A stretch of DNA of 64,000 bases from Oikopleura dioica (GCA_907165135.1 OU015567.1:8432001-8496000), one strand, 5' to 3'; counted from the stretch's first letter, positions 1 to 14,175 are shown. The notes: generated by a model not told the origin, from the letters alone. Made by a program: numbers and translations.

Positions 1-1450
1 ATTGGGAAACCGAGCTTTTCTTTCTCCATTTTCAGCTTTTTCAGCGCGACGACTTGTTCAGATCTTTTGTCGACGGCACGGAAGACGACGCCATATGTTC
101 CTTCTGCTATTCTATTCAGGAATTTATAACTGTCGTCGACTTGCCGACAGCCTTGTATCGATGGATAGTAAAAATCTTAAAATGACACTTATTTTTGGCT
201 CTTTTCTAAACTCTTACCTAGTCTTCCTCCTTCTGGTTCCTGATCATTTTCCAGCGCCTCTCCATTTTCGTCATAAAGGCCCCCCAAAACATCCTCCTGC
301 GCTGGAGGCGGCGGAGTCGCCATATGAGCTGGACTGGAGTGTTGAGAAAGAGAACGCGCTGTCATTTCTTGCTGGAGCGATGTCACCGCGGCTGGAAGTG
401 CTGCAAGTTCTGGTTTGTCTGCTTCATCGTCGCTAGAATCACTTGCCCATTTGGACTTGGTTTTCTCTCGAATGAGGTCGGAATTGACGGAATCTAGCCG
501 GTTACGGGAATGGTACATTGGTTCGTCGCGCACTGGAGTTAATCTTCTTTCAGATTCAGAAAAGTTTTCTCATACATTTTTGCCAGAATTATTCAAGATT
601 TGATCTCGATTCCAAACGATTAGTTTTTTCAAAAAAAAAAGGAAGAAGAATCGTCAAAAGTCGTCATTTTTCTGAACCATTCCTGTGAGAATCTCCATTC
701 TGCGTACTTTTCCTATTCTTGCTGCTTTCCATAATAACATCAGTCACCAATTTCAAATCGTTTTCATTCGTTTCATCATTGATGAGTTCGTTGATCAAAT
801 CGTCGGCCGTGATTTTTTCATCTTTTATTTCTCCTTCGTCCGATTCCGCGTCAGAATGCGCGTTTCGTTCGCCCCGGCTAATGTTCTTCTCGTATTGCTT
901 TGTCACGGGATTGAAGACGACTGAGGAAAGGGATGAAAAATGACGAAAATTGAACAAAATTCTTGATAGAAAAAAATTCTATTGAACGCCTCTTTATTGG
1001 CTAGATTTTCATCCCTTTTCAGAAGGCGAAGATCGATCTCTCGAGCTTCTCTTTCTATCTGACTTGTTCGAAATCGTCACAGTCCTTGACGGTCTCGCTC
1101 TTTTTCTCTCATCTTCGCTGGAAGTCCTCGATTTCTTCCGATCTCGATCGTCCCTCTCATCGGAATATTTCCGACTTTTCTTGCTCGATTTTCCGATTTT
1201 CTTTCGCAAATCTTCTCGCAGCTTTTTCAGCTCGTTTTCGCTCATGTTATCTGCGTTTTTCAAATATTCGCCAGCGAAATCATCTGCAATTTCTGAAAAG
1301 ACATTTTCAAGTTGACTTCAATAACTCAAGAATCTTCTAGAACTCTTTCTCTTTTCCAGAATTCGTCCCTTTTCTCTAAAATCAACTAGATTTGTTATTT
1401 CGAATCTTCTTACCAGAAGCCAAATCGTCCCAGATCGCCTCTTCTGACAT
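1..1450 (-). CDS. 5' part of a multi-exon gene for a charged, Arg/Ser/Asp-rich low-complexity protein (probably nuclear); continues beyond window start
   Basis: ATG at 1450 ([12 protein letters not shown]) followed by a GTAAG donor. Exon ORFs 1009-1263 (RS/RD-rich), 664-957 and 189-533 lie on the same strand. No diagnostic domain seen. Confidence 0.6.
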
Positions 1451-2072
1451 GGAATCGAATCTGAATCGTCTCTAGAACAAATAAGTTACTCGCTTCTGAG
1501 TAATTCTCCTTACGCAGCAATTTTCATTGGCTGAAAGAAGGCGCGCTCAGCCAATCATAACCTATACTTTCTTTCAAAATTGGAAAAGGACTTCAAAACG
1601 CGAGACCGATAGTGATGCCTTAAAATGAAGAAGCTGATGTTGTAGCATCCATTGCAAAAATGAAATATATTAAAAACTGACAAGAATAGAGGGATAAAAT
1701 GAAGAAGCAAAACTCCTACTAGTTGACCCGTCAATTGCAATGGTCGATTGCTTATAATCTTACTGAATACCCCTTGCAGTAACTGCCCTAATCGTCGAAT
1801 TGAAATTAACGATTTCCATTATTAATACTTATTTTATATTTTCATTTATCATTTCATTCTTTACTTTTTCTTCAAGCAACTTCAACATCAGGAGACCGAG
1901 ATGTCCTGATTTATCAACAGAGAGGGGCCCTCTGCTACAGTAATTTACTCGAAATAATCTGCATTCGCGGATATAAAAGCAAATATGTCCTGAATAAAGC
2001 CGACGCTAAAGTTTGAACACATGCGCTTTCCCAAACCTTTATTCGCTTCGTTCAAATAATTTTTTCCTCAAA

Positions 2073-4191
2073 ATGAAATTACTTTTATTCTTATTTTTGC
2101 TCGCTCAGAGTTATGAGCTCGCTGAACTAGAGAAGAACTTGGATGTTTTAGTTGAATCTCTTCGTCTTTCAAATGCCATTCCAGGGGTCTCACTTGCAGT
2201 CGTTGATCTGAAAAACGAAAATTTCATTTCGAAAGGATATGGAAAACGCCGAGTTGATCAGGAAGACCCTGTTTCTGAAGAGACCTTGTTCTGTCTCGCC
2301 TCTAATTCGAAGCTTTTCACCGGCGTCTATTCCGCTTTGGTCGAAAAATACACTGGAATTTCTCTGGATACAAAAATAAACGATATTCCCGAGCTTAGAG
2401 ACGATGAGGACATATTTCTTATGCTCAATTCTTGCTCTTTATCTCAAGACGTGACACTACGTGATTTTCTTTCCCACAGAACTGGGACTAAAGCAAAGTT
2501 CAAAACTATTTTTTACAAAAAGTTCATAAATTTCTCATGCTGAACTCGAAAATAGATGATTCTCCGACCCTTACTCTTGGTTGTGATGTTGACACCCGTG
2601 ATATTTTTGCTTCTCGCTCCCGGCATATGGAAGAACTCAGCCCTATTCGATCTAAGTACAGATACAGTAATTCTGGTTACACTCTGGCAGGCTTCGTTGC
2701 AGAGAAACTCTGCCAGACATCTTCTTATTGTTTGAGCCAGTTGGGCTCGACCTGGGAGGACGGAATAAAGGCGATTTTCAACATGGCGCAGATGGATTCT
2801 TCAGCAGTGGCTCAAGATATCGTCGGAAACTTTTCTTTCTATGACGATATTACTGCTCGATCTACGTTGGTTGATTGGCAGGGGAATCAACATCCTAATG
2901 AAATAGCAAGGGCTTCTTGATTGTGAAATTTTTAAATTATAAAATTCAAGAAATAGCCAGTAAAAGAGGTAATTTCACGATCGAAAGCGATGGAGCCAAG
3001 TTACGGTGTCGTCTCCAACAGTAAAGACATGGCCCGCTGGATTGAATTCATTCTCAGCTCTTCGACGACTGCAGATTTGAAGCTGGATCAAGACGGAATC
3101 CCTTGCACTGGCTGTAGAAAAGTCTTTTCCAAGGGACCAGGACAGTGTTGTTAATTTTAATATTGGTTCATTATATTTTCATAAAAACAAAAAATAATTA
3201 AAACCCCTGGAAAGGTTCACCGCCAACGGACACGGAAGTCGTCTACGCTCTCGGAACAAGAACTGGAATGTACAGAGACTATCGAAAATGGGTTCATTCT
3301 GGCTCTTTTGGCGGCTACAATTCTTATCTCTATATGCTGCCTGATATGAAAATTGGCGTTTTCACAGCGGTGAATGGTGGAGGGGATACTTATGGGGCCA
3401 TGAGGAAGATCATTCATTACGCTTTTGATACAATGCTCGGACTTGCACCAGACCTTTCAACAAGCAATATCGAGAGAAATGATCACGTGAATCAGGATAA
3501 TCGAGAGAGGAAAGGATTGCCAGATCTTTTACCGGCAAATTTGGAATCTAAAGAAACGGTTCTTTACCAGCCAAAGTCACTGAAGCCAGAGTTTTCGAAC
3601 CTTATTGGCTCCTACTATCATCCTCTTCTTGGAGAAATGAAAATCTCTAAGAAAAATCGACGATCTTGCCAGACCTACGAAATCTACGAAAGTCTCTATG
3701 TCCAAATTGGAGAGCTCGGGACTGGTTGGATTGAGAATTTAGCTTTTTACGATACTGGCTTGATAAACGAAAAATACATGTATCCCTTGTCAATCGATCC
3801 CGCTGAAAACGAGCAATGCTGTGTCGGAATTCGATGCAATGTTGGATTTTTATCGCTTTCTCATTAAATTTTTCTCTTTAGGAGGTACAGAAGATCATTC
3901 CAGGAGTCTACCCACTCGTTGAAAACAACGATTCTCCAGCGCTAGATTCTTGGATCGATGTTGATTTTATTTGGGACAGTCGAGGTAAAGTACCCTCAGC
4001 TATCATTAAAAAAGGATTTAGTTTGGTACGTGTCCGACTACGATCCAGTATTCACATTCAAAAAGAGCTCATCCGGCGAGTTCACTGTTGAATTTCGCCG
4101 GGGATCATGGTCTTCTGATGTCTATGTTTTCACTCGAGAACGAAGAGATGAGTTTGAATGGACAGATAAATGCAACCTCAATTCTTTGTAA
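2073..4191 (+). CDS. Secreted beta-lactamase-fold (class C/AmpH-like) serine hydrolase, multi-exon
   Basis: Signal peptide MKLLLFLFLLAQS; IPGVSLAVV; FCLASNSK (SxxK); TLRDFLSHRTG; YRYSNSGY (YxN); HSGSFGGY. Pieces are joined across short introns. Confidence 0.85.
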
Positions 4192-4550
4192 GAATACCTT
4201 GATCTGACTGTGGATAATATTCGTGAGAAAAACAAGTGCGCAATTTTAATGGTTTTCTTCCTTGATTGCAAATTTTCAGCAGAAATGCGGCGGAAAGTTA
4301 TTCAAACCATATTATTGTTTATTTATTTCAGAGTTATTTCATTAAATTGAATTCAAATTTTGTGTGCAGCATAAACTGTAGACGGAAATAATGGTGGGTG
4401 ATCGCACTTCTGTGTAGCTTTTTCATTTTAAATTCTCGGTTAATTATATGAATTGGCCTTGGAGGCCCTTTGATATCTCTTCACATTTTTTGTTAAAATA
4501 AACTCGCTTTATTTTATTTTGCGAATTTTTTCGTCCTGCAGCGCCGCACC

Positions 4551-5499
4551 ATGGCATCAATTTTCGGCTTCAGCGAAGATTACAAGAAACAAGCTCTTCT
4601 TGAAATTATAACGAATTATGATTCTAAACATAGGGCATTTTTCGTAATTTTCATAAGGATATTGATGATACTGTACTCTTGAAAAATAAGGAGACGCACA
4701 GGAAGTGTTTTTTTCTTTCTTTCATTTTCTCAAACAGAGATAGAAAAAAATTAACCCTACGAATGGTTTTTCACGAGTGGTATTTTCCTGATAGCTCTGA
4801 CAAGCTCAAATCAGCGAAAAAAGTACGTCTTCAAATCATTTAATTTAAAACCTCTTAGCTCATCTGTCCATCAATTTGGGGTTGTACTGGAGAAATGTCA
4901 ATTGAACAATTTCGGCGAATTATCATTTCTATGTGGGCTTTACTCACGGGTAAAATGAATTTTCAGTCGTACTTTTGAGGTCTTATTAGTTTCGGGTATT
5001 TTGGTTCTCACAACTGCTATCAAGCTTCCTTATGGTGGCGGCGTTGCCCCTGCTGCGACATATATTGTCACTGCAACGGGGACGATTATTCTAGGACTCA
5101 TTGTCTGTGGATTCGGGACGAGTATGTACTCAGCTCAGAACAAAGACAGTGCAGATATGACTGTCAGAAAGGGACTCTTTTGCATGACGACTATACTTTT
5201 CCTTTTTGCGGACTCAATCAGCATTTGCTTCTCTTTCATCATCGCTGTTTTCTCCTTCGACCCATTTTTCCTAGCTTTGAATTTGCCTCTGTTTGTTATT
5301 TTACTCGTACTTTTCGTGCTGGCACTCGTCACTCTCATCAAACAGGTACGGTAACAAGGTAGAAAGACTGGAATTCAGGTTCATTTAGACATGCTGCCTG
5401 TGGAATAAAAACGATCGAGAGTGGCTAGAGAAGAATGAAATTACCAATGAAAGCGACGGTTCTGGACAAGGAATCAACGAAGAGAAAAATTTTGAATGA
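4551..5499 (+). CDS. Small multi-pass membrane protein, unknown family
   Basis: Several hydrophobic segments in ORF 5001-5354 and upstream exons; last exon TCCLWNK...KNFE* ends at TGA 5497-5499. Start codon uncertain. Confidence 0.55.
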
Positions 5500-5642
5500 C
5501 TTGAACAAAATAAAATACTAGAAAAATATGAATCCTTTATTCAAAATGTACAGATAAAGCGATGTAAATAACAATATTGTCAAAAACGTAAAATTCACTA
5601 TGTATAAGTCTGCAATTAACTGGTAACGGTACAGTAGCTGTT

Positions 5643-8520
5643 CTAATAATTGAAGGCAGTTTGAAGTTTGCTCAGGCCTTTTTTCATCTGTCGGCCAGTC
5701 GTAATTCCGTGACGCTGTTTCCATTTTTCGTACTCGATAGAGGCGCTCTGGGTTGAGGTCATCGACATTGTATCACTAAAAGAATGTTCTTAGCTGAAAA
5801 TATTGCTATTTCTTACAAATGCTGCTGCCTTCTTCTGTCGAATTCCTGAAGAAGCTTTTCTTTGCTGGAAACGGGCGGTAGCGTCGAGGATTTTTTCAAA
5901 ACTGAAGGGGGCATTGATTGAGCTTGAGAAATAGTTCTTGGGAGGGTTTGAGAGCTAGAACTCGTTGGTGGAACTGGAGCTGGAATCGACGGCGGAGTAA
6001 AAGCCTGTCGAGTTGGCTGACTTGCTGGTGGTTGATACGAATTGAAACTCAGTCCCTATTTTGTTGAAGATTTTTGAAAAAGACTACCAACTTACGAGAG
6101 GGTCGAAAACATTGATATTATGAAAAGCTGGTCTAAGAGGAGCGCAAGTTTTGCAAGCAGCACAGGTTGCACAGAGCTGCTGTTGTGGTTGTTGCTGCAG
6201 CTGCTGTTGTTGCTGTTGTTGTTGAATTTGCTGCCTTTGAAGTGCCTTTTGTTGTTGTACTCTCTGCTGTTCTTGTTGCTGTAGAAGTTGTTGCTGTTGA
6301 AGTTGTTGGAGCTTCTGCTGCTGTTGGAAAGCTCGGTAATCAGTGAAAGAAGGTTTTCTGATTGGAGCAGAGTACATTCTCGTCAGGCCGGCTTCGGAGT
6401 CGGAAGAAAACTAAAAAATCAAAATAAACGAAGAATTAAAAAAAATCGTACCGCTTCGTGATGATAGAATCCACCAGTTGGTAACGAGCCCGTAAAACTT
6501 GGCCTGGTGTAAAGCGGTGGCGGGGCTTGATTGAAAAACTGTCCATTAGAATGAGCTGGAGCACTTGAAGAAGACACGATTCGGGCAAATGACTGCCTCA
6601 GCAAGTTGTTGTCTGCTTGCCAAGAAAAGGGACTGTTGGGTTTTTTTACCAATTATAATCCGAAGGGATAAACATGAGGAAAGACTCTCATCTTGTAAAT
6701 ACTGTACAAAATAATCTTCTTGTTATCGCAACGTTTTTAAAACGAAGCTGAGTTGCTAGCGAAAAGTATTTTATGAAGAACTCGTTATATATGTTCGCGG
6801 TATGCGTTCCCTTCCGCCGATAAGGAAAAAACCCCTTCCTTTCTTCACCTTGATGATGCTGAGAAACGCTCCTTGAGAGGCCAAAAACACCAGGTTCGGA
6901 GCCAAATTGATACGGATCGGAGACTTGGGCGGGGTAAGTTCCATAGCCAAACGAGGGCTGCATTTTCTTGATTTGATTGAGCACTTCTCGCGGATCGCTC
7001 TCAGCCAGAAAGGCTCGGTGGTCCAGGTTCTTAGACAAAGGTGCATCAACAGCTCATGTTTTTTTGGTTCGGATTTGCATACTCAAGACAGTACACACCT
7101 GAGTATTTTAAAGATAAGTTTTTCTCCCCAACCTTTCTTGAAAAACAAGTCAAAGTCAAAGATAATGAATAGCGATACACAATTTCCGAATTTTTATCGA
7201 CCTTTTCCCACCGCTACCTCGATGTCTAGTCGACAAACTTCGGAAAGCTGCTTTCAGATTATCGAATTCGAAAAGAATAGGAATTTTGCTTATTATGGGA
7301 ATATTCAAGACACGTTTCTTTTTTTCGCGCTCGAGTAAAAATCGCGGACACTTGAGTCTAATCCAGTTTCACCCCGTAAATACGGCCATGGAGTGTGTAA
7401 AATTTCATGGTTCACGAAAAGCGCAATTCTAGACAAGAACAAAAAACGATTTTACGGAGATCTAAATCTTCAAACTTGCCACGTAGTTACGTTTTTCGTT
7501 GTTACATTCTAGCTCATTTTAGGATAAACACAAAGGCTGATGGACCCTTTCCGAAATCGACTTGGATCGATTCAGCGATTTCCAGCCAGTAGACACTTTC
7601 ACCGGTCTATCTTCGAACCAGTTCGTTGTCTTCATCATCCTCGAAATATCGGCCACTGATTTTGAACGTTTCTTTCGTTCGTTATTGCTCATTTCTTTTG
7701 AACGGCCCCGAGATTGCTCAGTTTCGATGGAGCTGCCGAGTGAGTGCTGATCTTGACTCCCCGAGTGGAGAGACGTCTTTTTCAAGTTGCAAAAAAACTC
7801 GTTAGAAATATAGATATAAAATAGATATAAAAAAACGTCAAGAATCAAGACGTTGATTGAGCGGTTTTTGTAAAACAAGCGTTTTTGCTAAACCTTTCCT
7901 GATCAGAATTATGCTCGGAAGGAGGCTTCGCTGCGTCGAGGTCTGAATACATTTGCTCTAGCTTGCTTACCTTTTCCGAAGTCACCATCAGTCCAAATCC
8001 GTGCGGGCAATCAAAATACTAAAACATGATTGAATTTCAAATTTATAAATTTCTAGCGTTTCCGAATTCGAGGACCTTGAACTAGTCCACCACTTCTAAA
8101 AATAATCTTCTCTAAATATTTTTCAAGTTTTCGATAAACCCAAGTTGGGTCTCAAAATTCAAAATTTAAAATATCTATCCTGGCAATTTCTATGTTTTTT
8201 GACTTACTTGTCGACTTCCGAAGATTCCAGAGTTGTTTGTCAAAGGTTCGTCAAGTTGGACTCCGACGAAGACTTCGCCAAGGAGATCACGTGGTAGGTA
8301 GTCCTCTAGAATCGGTCCAATGTACTTGCAAAAGCCTGAAAAATTCAATTTAGGCTCCTTTTCTGGACCGTTTTATTGACTTTCTTGGAGGAAAAAAAAC
8401 TTATTTAGGTCAAGTTAAAACAAAGAGTCAAGCTTGAGTCTCGTTACTGTCATTTCTTACTGACGTGTTTGGATGCAAAAGCGTATTTATAATCAGCACT
8501 TGTACGTGGCGCTAGAATTT
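5643..8520 (-). CDS. CAP-Gly domain protein with a Gln-rich low-complexity region (multi-exon; 5' end and single-gene status uncertain)
   Basis: Minus-strand exons at ~8207-8337 and ~7970-8020 read GFCKYIGP...FVGVQLDEPLTNNSGIFGSRQ|YFDCPHGFGLMV, the CAP-Gly pattern. Downstream exons include poly-Q. Last exon ...EYEKWKQRHG...LQTAFNY* stops at 5643. Confidence 0.6.
6170..6325 (-). repeat. CAA/CAG-rich coding repeat (poly-Gln tract)
   Basis: QQQQKLQQLQQQQLLQQQEQQ... in ORF 6084-6377. Confidence 0.8.
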
Positions 8521-10066
8521 TTCTCTCGCTTCGAAAAAAATGGGTATGTTTGAAAAAATGATGAAATTCTCTTCTGAGAGAGGACTCGCGGTGAAATTTA
8601 TCTTTGTACGTCGAGAGGACGTTGGCCTTGGGCCACGTTGAATGGTGGATGTGCCACTTTTGGATGATGGCAGGCGGGAAAGGGATGAAGCGGGATATGA
8701 AAGGGCAAATATCCGAGAAATTTTTTCAGCCCCGGGATCAGCGAAGCATCGAGACTTTCGATAATCACTTGTGCCACTTTTTTTTATTCTGGATTAAAAT
8801 TGAATTAGTGCAGGAAAACAGTAAAGCCCTTTTAAAAAACGGTCCATACGGCATCGTTAACACGATGTCCAACAAGCACCAAAACACCAGGATTATGTCC
8901 TTCGGTGCTTATTGTAAGGCGGAGTTTAGAATCTAAACCTCGTGGCAAGTTAAATTAATAAGTTTCTTCGGTGTTTTGGATTCAAATCTTATTTTGAAAA
9001 TTATCCTCAAAGGTAAAAGGTTGCTACTTTCGAACGCAACTATTTAGAGTGGTTTTGGAGATAAGAGTTCATTAACTTTAGTTTACTCAAAATAAACGGA
9101 TTATGCTGAGAAAAAACAAAATGAAGAAAAGGAATTACAATTCGGCTGAAGATTTGAGCCATTATGAACCTCTAGAATTTTAGAGGATGCCTGGGTTTGG
9201 CCCTAACCGTTAGGGTTAGGGTTACAAAAAAAATTGTCTCTTTCTTGGTTCAATTTATTGTCTCTATCATGAAATTTCAGAAGCGACATTCCATACGAGG
9301 AAAAAAGTAATTCAACGAGTTCTTGCTCAGGAATTCAAGGCGGAATTCTAGCTCACTCCAAATTCAAGGGAGACTCTCAAGCTCACGGCTAAGCGAAATT
9401 CCATTCATTTGCACAATTATGCTCCCGAGATTCATGGCTTTCAAACTTGAAACTCAACACTAAAGCTAAAGAAACTGCTTTTAAAATCGATCCTTCTATT
9501 AGAAGAGGAATTTTTTCAGTGTCGGAAGTACTCTCTTTTATGTTTTTAAAGAAATGTCAAAAGAAGGATTGGTTTAATATTTTTATTCTTATCGGCGATA
9601 AGGCGCGCAGCGGGAAGCGTAATCCGGTTGCAAGTGCTCACCGAATTTTTCGCAATTAGATGACCGAGCATCTTCTAAAGGAAGCGGCGCGAATTCGAGC
9701 GTTCTTTCGTACTTTGACCGTGAATTACTCGCTGCTCGTATGCAAGCATACGCTTGTCACCGTATTAGCTCGAATCTGGGACGAACATCATCCGATTTGA
9801 GATTATGAAATCCTTGAAATGCAGAAAAATGTCAGAAAAAATAAAATATTCGTCGATAATTATTAATTTTAATATCGAACCGTCAATTTTTCTTTCAACT
9901 AAAGAACTTTAGTTGACAATCTTGGACAAGCTTTGTTTTGAAAAATTTTTGCAATTATTGGAAAAATTAACACACCCTTCTAAGACGCCCCGTCTTTTGA
10001 TTTTTACGATTTTATTTTTAATAGGTGGGTTTTCTAAAAAACAATCAGAGTCAACAATTTGACAAA

Positions 10067-10610
10067 ATGAGCAGCAGATATAAAAGCAAAGAGTAATATC
10101 CACCAGTATCCGCATTTTTCTATTTAGATAATTTAAGAGGGCGAGATTATTTTGGTTTTCCCGATTTTTCGACTACAGTAAGAGCCACCCTTGGTTTACC
10201 AAACGATGAAGAATTATGTGAGGCTATGAAAGGTAAACTTTTTGAAAAGTTGCCGAAAGGATTGTTTCTTTTAGATATATATACATCCGGCCGGGAGTAT
10301 CTAAAGATGTGCGATGATCTCGCTGATGACGATGATGGCATGGAAAGCTTGGACAATTGGCAGGAAGGTATCGACTACGTCTATCCCTCTTGCGATTTGG
10401 TAAGGCAAAAATAAAAAGGTTGAAAAGCAAGATTTCTTTTCGCTTTTTAGATTGTTTGCCCTCATATTCGCAAAACCCTCGAAGCAAGAAGCGGATGCAA
10501 AGAAAACCACCTTGGAAGCGTCACAGTATTCATATTGATGATCTTTTTCATGATGAAATAAAAGAATTTTCTCCCATGCATATATATTTGCATGAGAACA
10601 GTAAGCGTTA
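10067..10610 (+). CDS. Small spliced protein of unknown function
   Basis: Exon-like ORF (...LGLPNDEELCEAMKGKLFEKLP...YVYPSCDL) ending at a GTAAG donor near 10400. No family recognised. Confidence 0.35.
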
Positions 10611-11542
10611 GAAAATCAAGTACCAAAATAATTCCATCAGCAAAAGTGACGCGCTTTCGGCCTCTAATTTATTTTTCCTCATATCAATAATTTTCTCGTT
10701 TGAATGCAACTCCAAGCTCATTTCAACAAGTGTTTATAATCCATTTTTTCAATAATCATCAATTCTTAAATTCTTACCTAGATATTTTCCCTTGACAAGA
10801 ACTCGATCTCCAACTTGCAATAATTGACTCTTCTCGGAAATTCTCGGTGCGCTTTTGGATTTTCTGAAGGCTGGATTTTGGACATCGGCTCTCTTCGTCC
10901 TGAAATTTACGGGGCTTTAGTTAAGGTCATGTTGCAAGGTATCCACGTCTTGGGGCAAATCGCGAAGTCAAGGCTCGTTTGTACTTTCTTTCCGGACAGC
11001 TTGTTGCGGAGAAGGGTTTATGGGATTATGCGCGAATAAGGACTTATGCCTAGGCCTTTTTTCACTGTGCCGGAATGTGCCGAGTATCTTGAAAATAAAC
11101 GATCTGCCCCGTTTGGAAAATAAATGAAAATGAAAAGTGTGATGACATTATGACAAGATCACTAAGCGATGATGAAAACAGGATAATTCTCGGTCGTTGC
11201 TGTTGAAAACAGTAATTTCAAGTATGAGTCAAATACCGGTAGCCGCAATGACTTTGGGAAAAATTCTCACCATGGCTCTTTTTTACGCATAGACGGTAAA
11301 AACCACAGATAACCATGAAAACGTAAAACATGGCTGCGTGAAATATTATCTGGCTAGGTAATTCTATGACAGAATTTATGTCTATGAATTGTTTGAATTT
11401 ATTGGTGGTTCAAAAGTTTGAAATTCAATGATGATTTATGAAAAATGAGTTACAGAAAAAGCTCATTATTAGAACATCCCTGAATGGCGAATATGAAAGA
11501 TGACTTTATCTACTTATGTTATTATAATTTGCACTACAGTAA

Positions 11543-12388
11543 TTACTCAATCGGCTGCACTTGGGCCTGAATAAGATCAAAATTCTTGTCGATCGTTTCA
11601 AACATCTCTAGAATCCCACTTTCGCTGTAATCATCGTCGTAAGCCTCATCGGAATCTCCCTGACTCGAATTCAAGAACTTGCTTGAATTTTCCGCCGACT
11701 TCTCTCCTCGCTGGGAGGGGCGGAAAGTGAGCTGTTCGTACCTTGAGCGGCCGCGGCTTTGTTCAGAGCTGGAGCTGCTTTTGAAACTGCTTGGTGGAGA
11801 GTGGCCTTCACTTCCTGCGGTGGCATGGGCGTCTTCGTTGTGTTGAAGAGTTCGGGTGAGGGTTTTTAAACGCTCGAGGAGTTTTTCGTTGCGTTTTTGA
11901 CTGAAAAAGGGTTGAGACGAGGATGAGAAAGATTGATACAGTATCAAAAAAAATAGTCTATTTAAAATAGGCCGCGCCTTAGTTTATTCTCGGTAAAATT
12001 TGAATTGAAAATGACACTTATCGATGTCTATCTCCTTAAGAAGCGTGTGCACGAGAGTTACAACAGTAAAATTCAGAAGTGACTGCTCTCAGGGTCAAAT
12101 TTATGCCTCACTATTAAGCCCTCCTCTATGTAAACTTGTATCGTCTTGTCGGGTGGATTTTCGTGGATGCAAGGAAAATCTAAGTGGCCCTCGAAAGTAC
12201 CCGCGTCCGACTAGCATGGCAGATTTGACGTTTTTTGGACACTGCCGCTCGACCCAGAAAAAAAGCGGATCAAAAGTTTAAATAAGTTCTTCTAGCAAGT
12301 TTTAGATAAACGTTTCTTTGGCGAATTCGGATCTCCTGTAAGCGGAAAATCGACTTCCAAAACAGATCGAAAAGAACGGTCTATCATG
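11543..12388 (-). CDS. Ser-rich protein of unknown function
   Basis: 134-aa ORF 11543-11947 with a coiled-coil-like stretch and acidic end; possible upstream exon from ATG ~12388. Confidence 0.4.
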
Positions 12389-14086
12389 GTAAAATGGCGT
12401 TCCACGTAAAACTGGTGGGGATTAAGGGTGTGGCGCAGGGGCATCCAGGGGTTTAGACGGAAAATATAAGATGTTGGCGGTGAGTGGGGGAAAGTTTATG
12501 AGATAAACGGGACGATAATTAAGTTTATTCATACTTACAATACTTTTAAATGATTATTTGCAGAATGATCTATTGTCAAAAGACTATTAGCGCTTTAGCA
12601 CACCTATTTTTGTTGAATCAAACTAATAGGGGTGGCAAATTATTTCTGAGTTTATCTCATTTTATAGATAAATATAGATAAAGTTCATTGAAGAATGTGT
12701 TACGTAGAAAGCCAAAAATTTTTGCACACGACATTTAATGCCATCAAGGTGGTAGGTCCTTAGCGGAGCCTCATCACAGCCTACCTAAGAAAACTGATTA
12801 GCAGCTCAAATCTCGCTCTAAGAGTCCACGATTATGGTAATGAAGTTTCACGAACGTCAGAGTAATTTCAGATGAACCGAGCCAACTGAGATTTTCACGG
12901 TCAAAGTCGACCGCCAATAATTTTCGATTTTGTCATTCATGGACTTCAGTTTCTGGTTGGATGATTTTATTAACCGGAAGGTTGTCCGACCTTGACTCAA
13001 AAATTTACACGAAATTATCATTTTCAATTGTCAATTGATCATTTTCGATTCTAAAGGCAGACTTTTAAGGCTTGGCTAACTCTTGCTACACCAAATATCA
13101 AGATAAAATAAGTATTTTAAATAACCCTTATCTAAAAATCCCTTCGACAAGATCATCAAAACCGCAAATTACCGGGAATAACCACGAATTTCAATCCTGA
13201 CCATGATAATCCTTGTTTTGCAAAACACTTGTTTTGCAATTACACTTTGCAAAATTTTCATTATGATAATAATCTCAATGTCATCCCCCCAATTTTCTGA
13301 TCAACTCACGCTTCTCACCCACGTTTGACCTATTTATTTAACCGTTTGAGAAATCACTTTTTGGTCAAAAATTGAGCCCCTAGAATTTCGAAGGCGCGAA
13401 TTAGCCGCATTAAAAACAACTATTCACTGCTGTGAAAGTATTTTTAGATGATTGAACTTACTTGAAAGTGTCTAATTGCCCCGGTTTTACGAGTTGGGCA
13501 CACTCGTCTTCACTCGGGCTCGAGTACAGCACCCCAGAATGTTCATATTCTGGTCTTGGCGCCATTTTTCAAACAAATCTCTCAAAAAAAAAAGTTGCAA
13601 TTAATTCTTTGCCTGTTAGGTCACTCTTCTGTTAATCACGATTTTCTGCTTTTCTGTTCAAAAAATCGTCAAACTGTGCCAATGAAGGTTGAAAAAACGC
13701 CCTTTCGCGGAGATCAGGAGCGCGCACGATTAGCCGCTCGTGGCGCCACCTAGACCGCTACCCGCGCGCGCAATCGGTGGTGCCCTAGTGCTTGTGATTC
13801 CGCGGAGCAGGCCCGTTTCAAACTCAGCAAAACATCTTCCAATGAAAAGACACGAATACACGGTACAGAAAAGGAGGAGCATGCATTCCAAGGTGAAATT
13901 CGGCACGTCAAAAAACTTGGTTCAACTGGCAGTTTATTGACAGTAGCAATTTTTACGGACGCTGTAAGAAATTCCAGCTTCTTTGAATACCGCCTTTTCT
14001 TCGCGATTCTGCAAATGAATTCTGACTTTGAAATTTTTGTTAGTATCCCCATTCTTACTAAAGTAAAAGCACTGCGTAAAATTTAA

Positions 14087-14175
14087 AAGCCGCTTGCGGC
14101 TTCGAGAAAGAGAAGACGAAAAAGCCGCGCTTCGCGCGGCCTAGGTTTTCAATTTCTCGAAGCCGCAAGCGGCTT
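14087..14175. repeat. 23-bp perfect inverted repeat with an internal GC hairpin (probable MITE remnant)
   Basis: AAGCCGCTTGCGGCTTCGAGAAA (14087-14109) and its reverse complement (14153-14175); GCCGCGCTTCGCGCGGC lies between them. Related motifs occur at ~62055-62140. Confidence 0.7.

Noticed and set aside
2073-4191. Bacterial contamination or a resistance gene
   Set aside because: The gene has spliceosomal introns and sits among animal genes.
5518-5724. ORF METASRNYDW... as a separate gene
   Set aside because: It overlaps the last exon of the upstream minus-strand gene in another frame and runs into AT-rich 3' UTR.
9200-9225. Telomere-like CCCTAACCGTTAGGGTTAGGGTTA
   Set aside because: Only 2-3 units; too short to call an interstitial telomere or a specific element.
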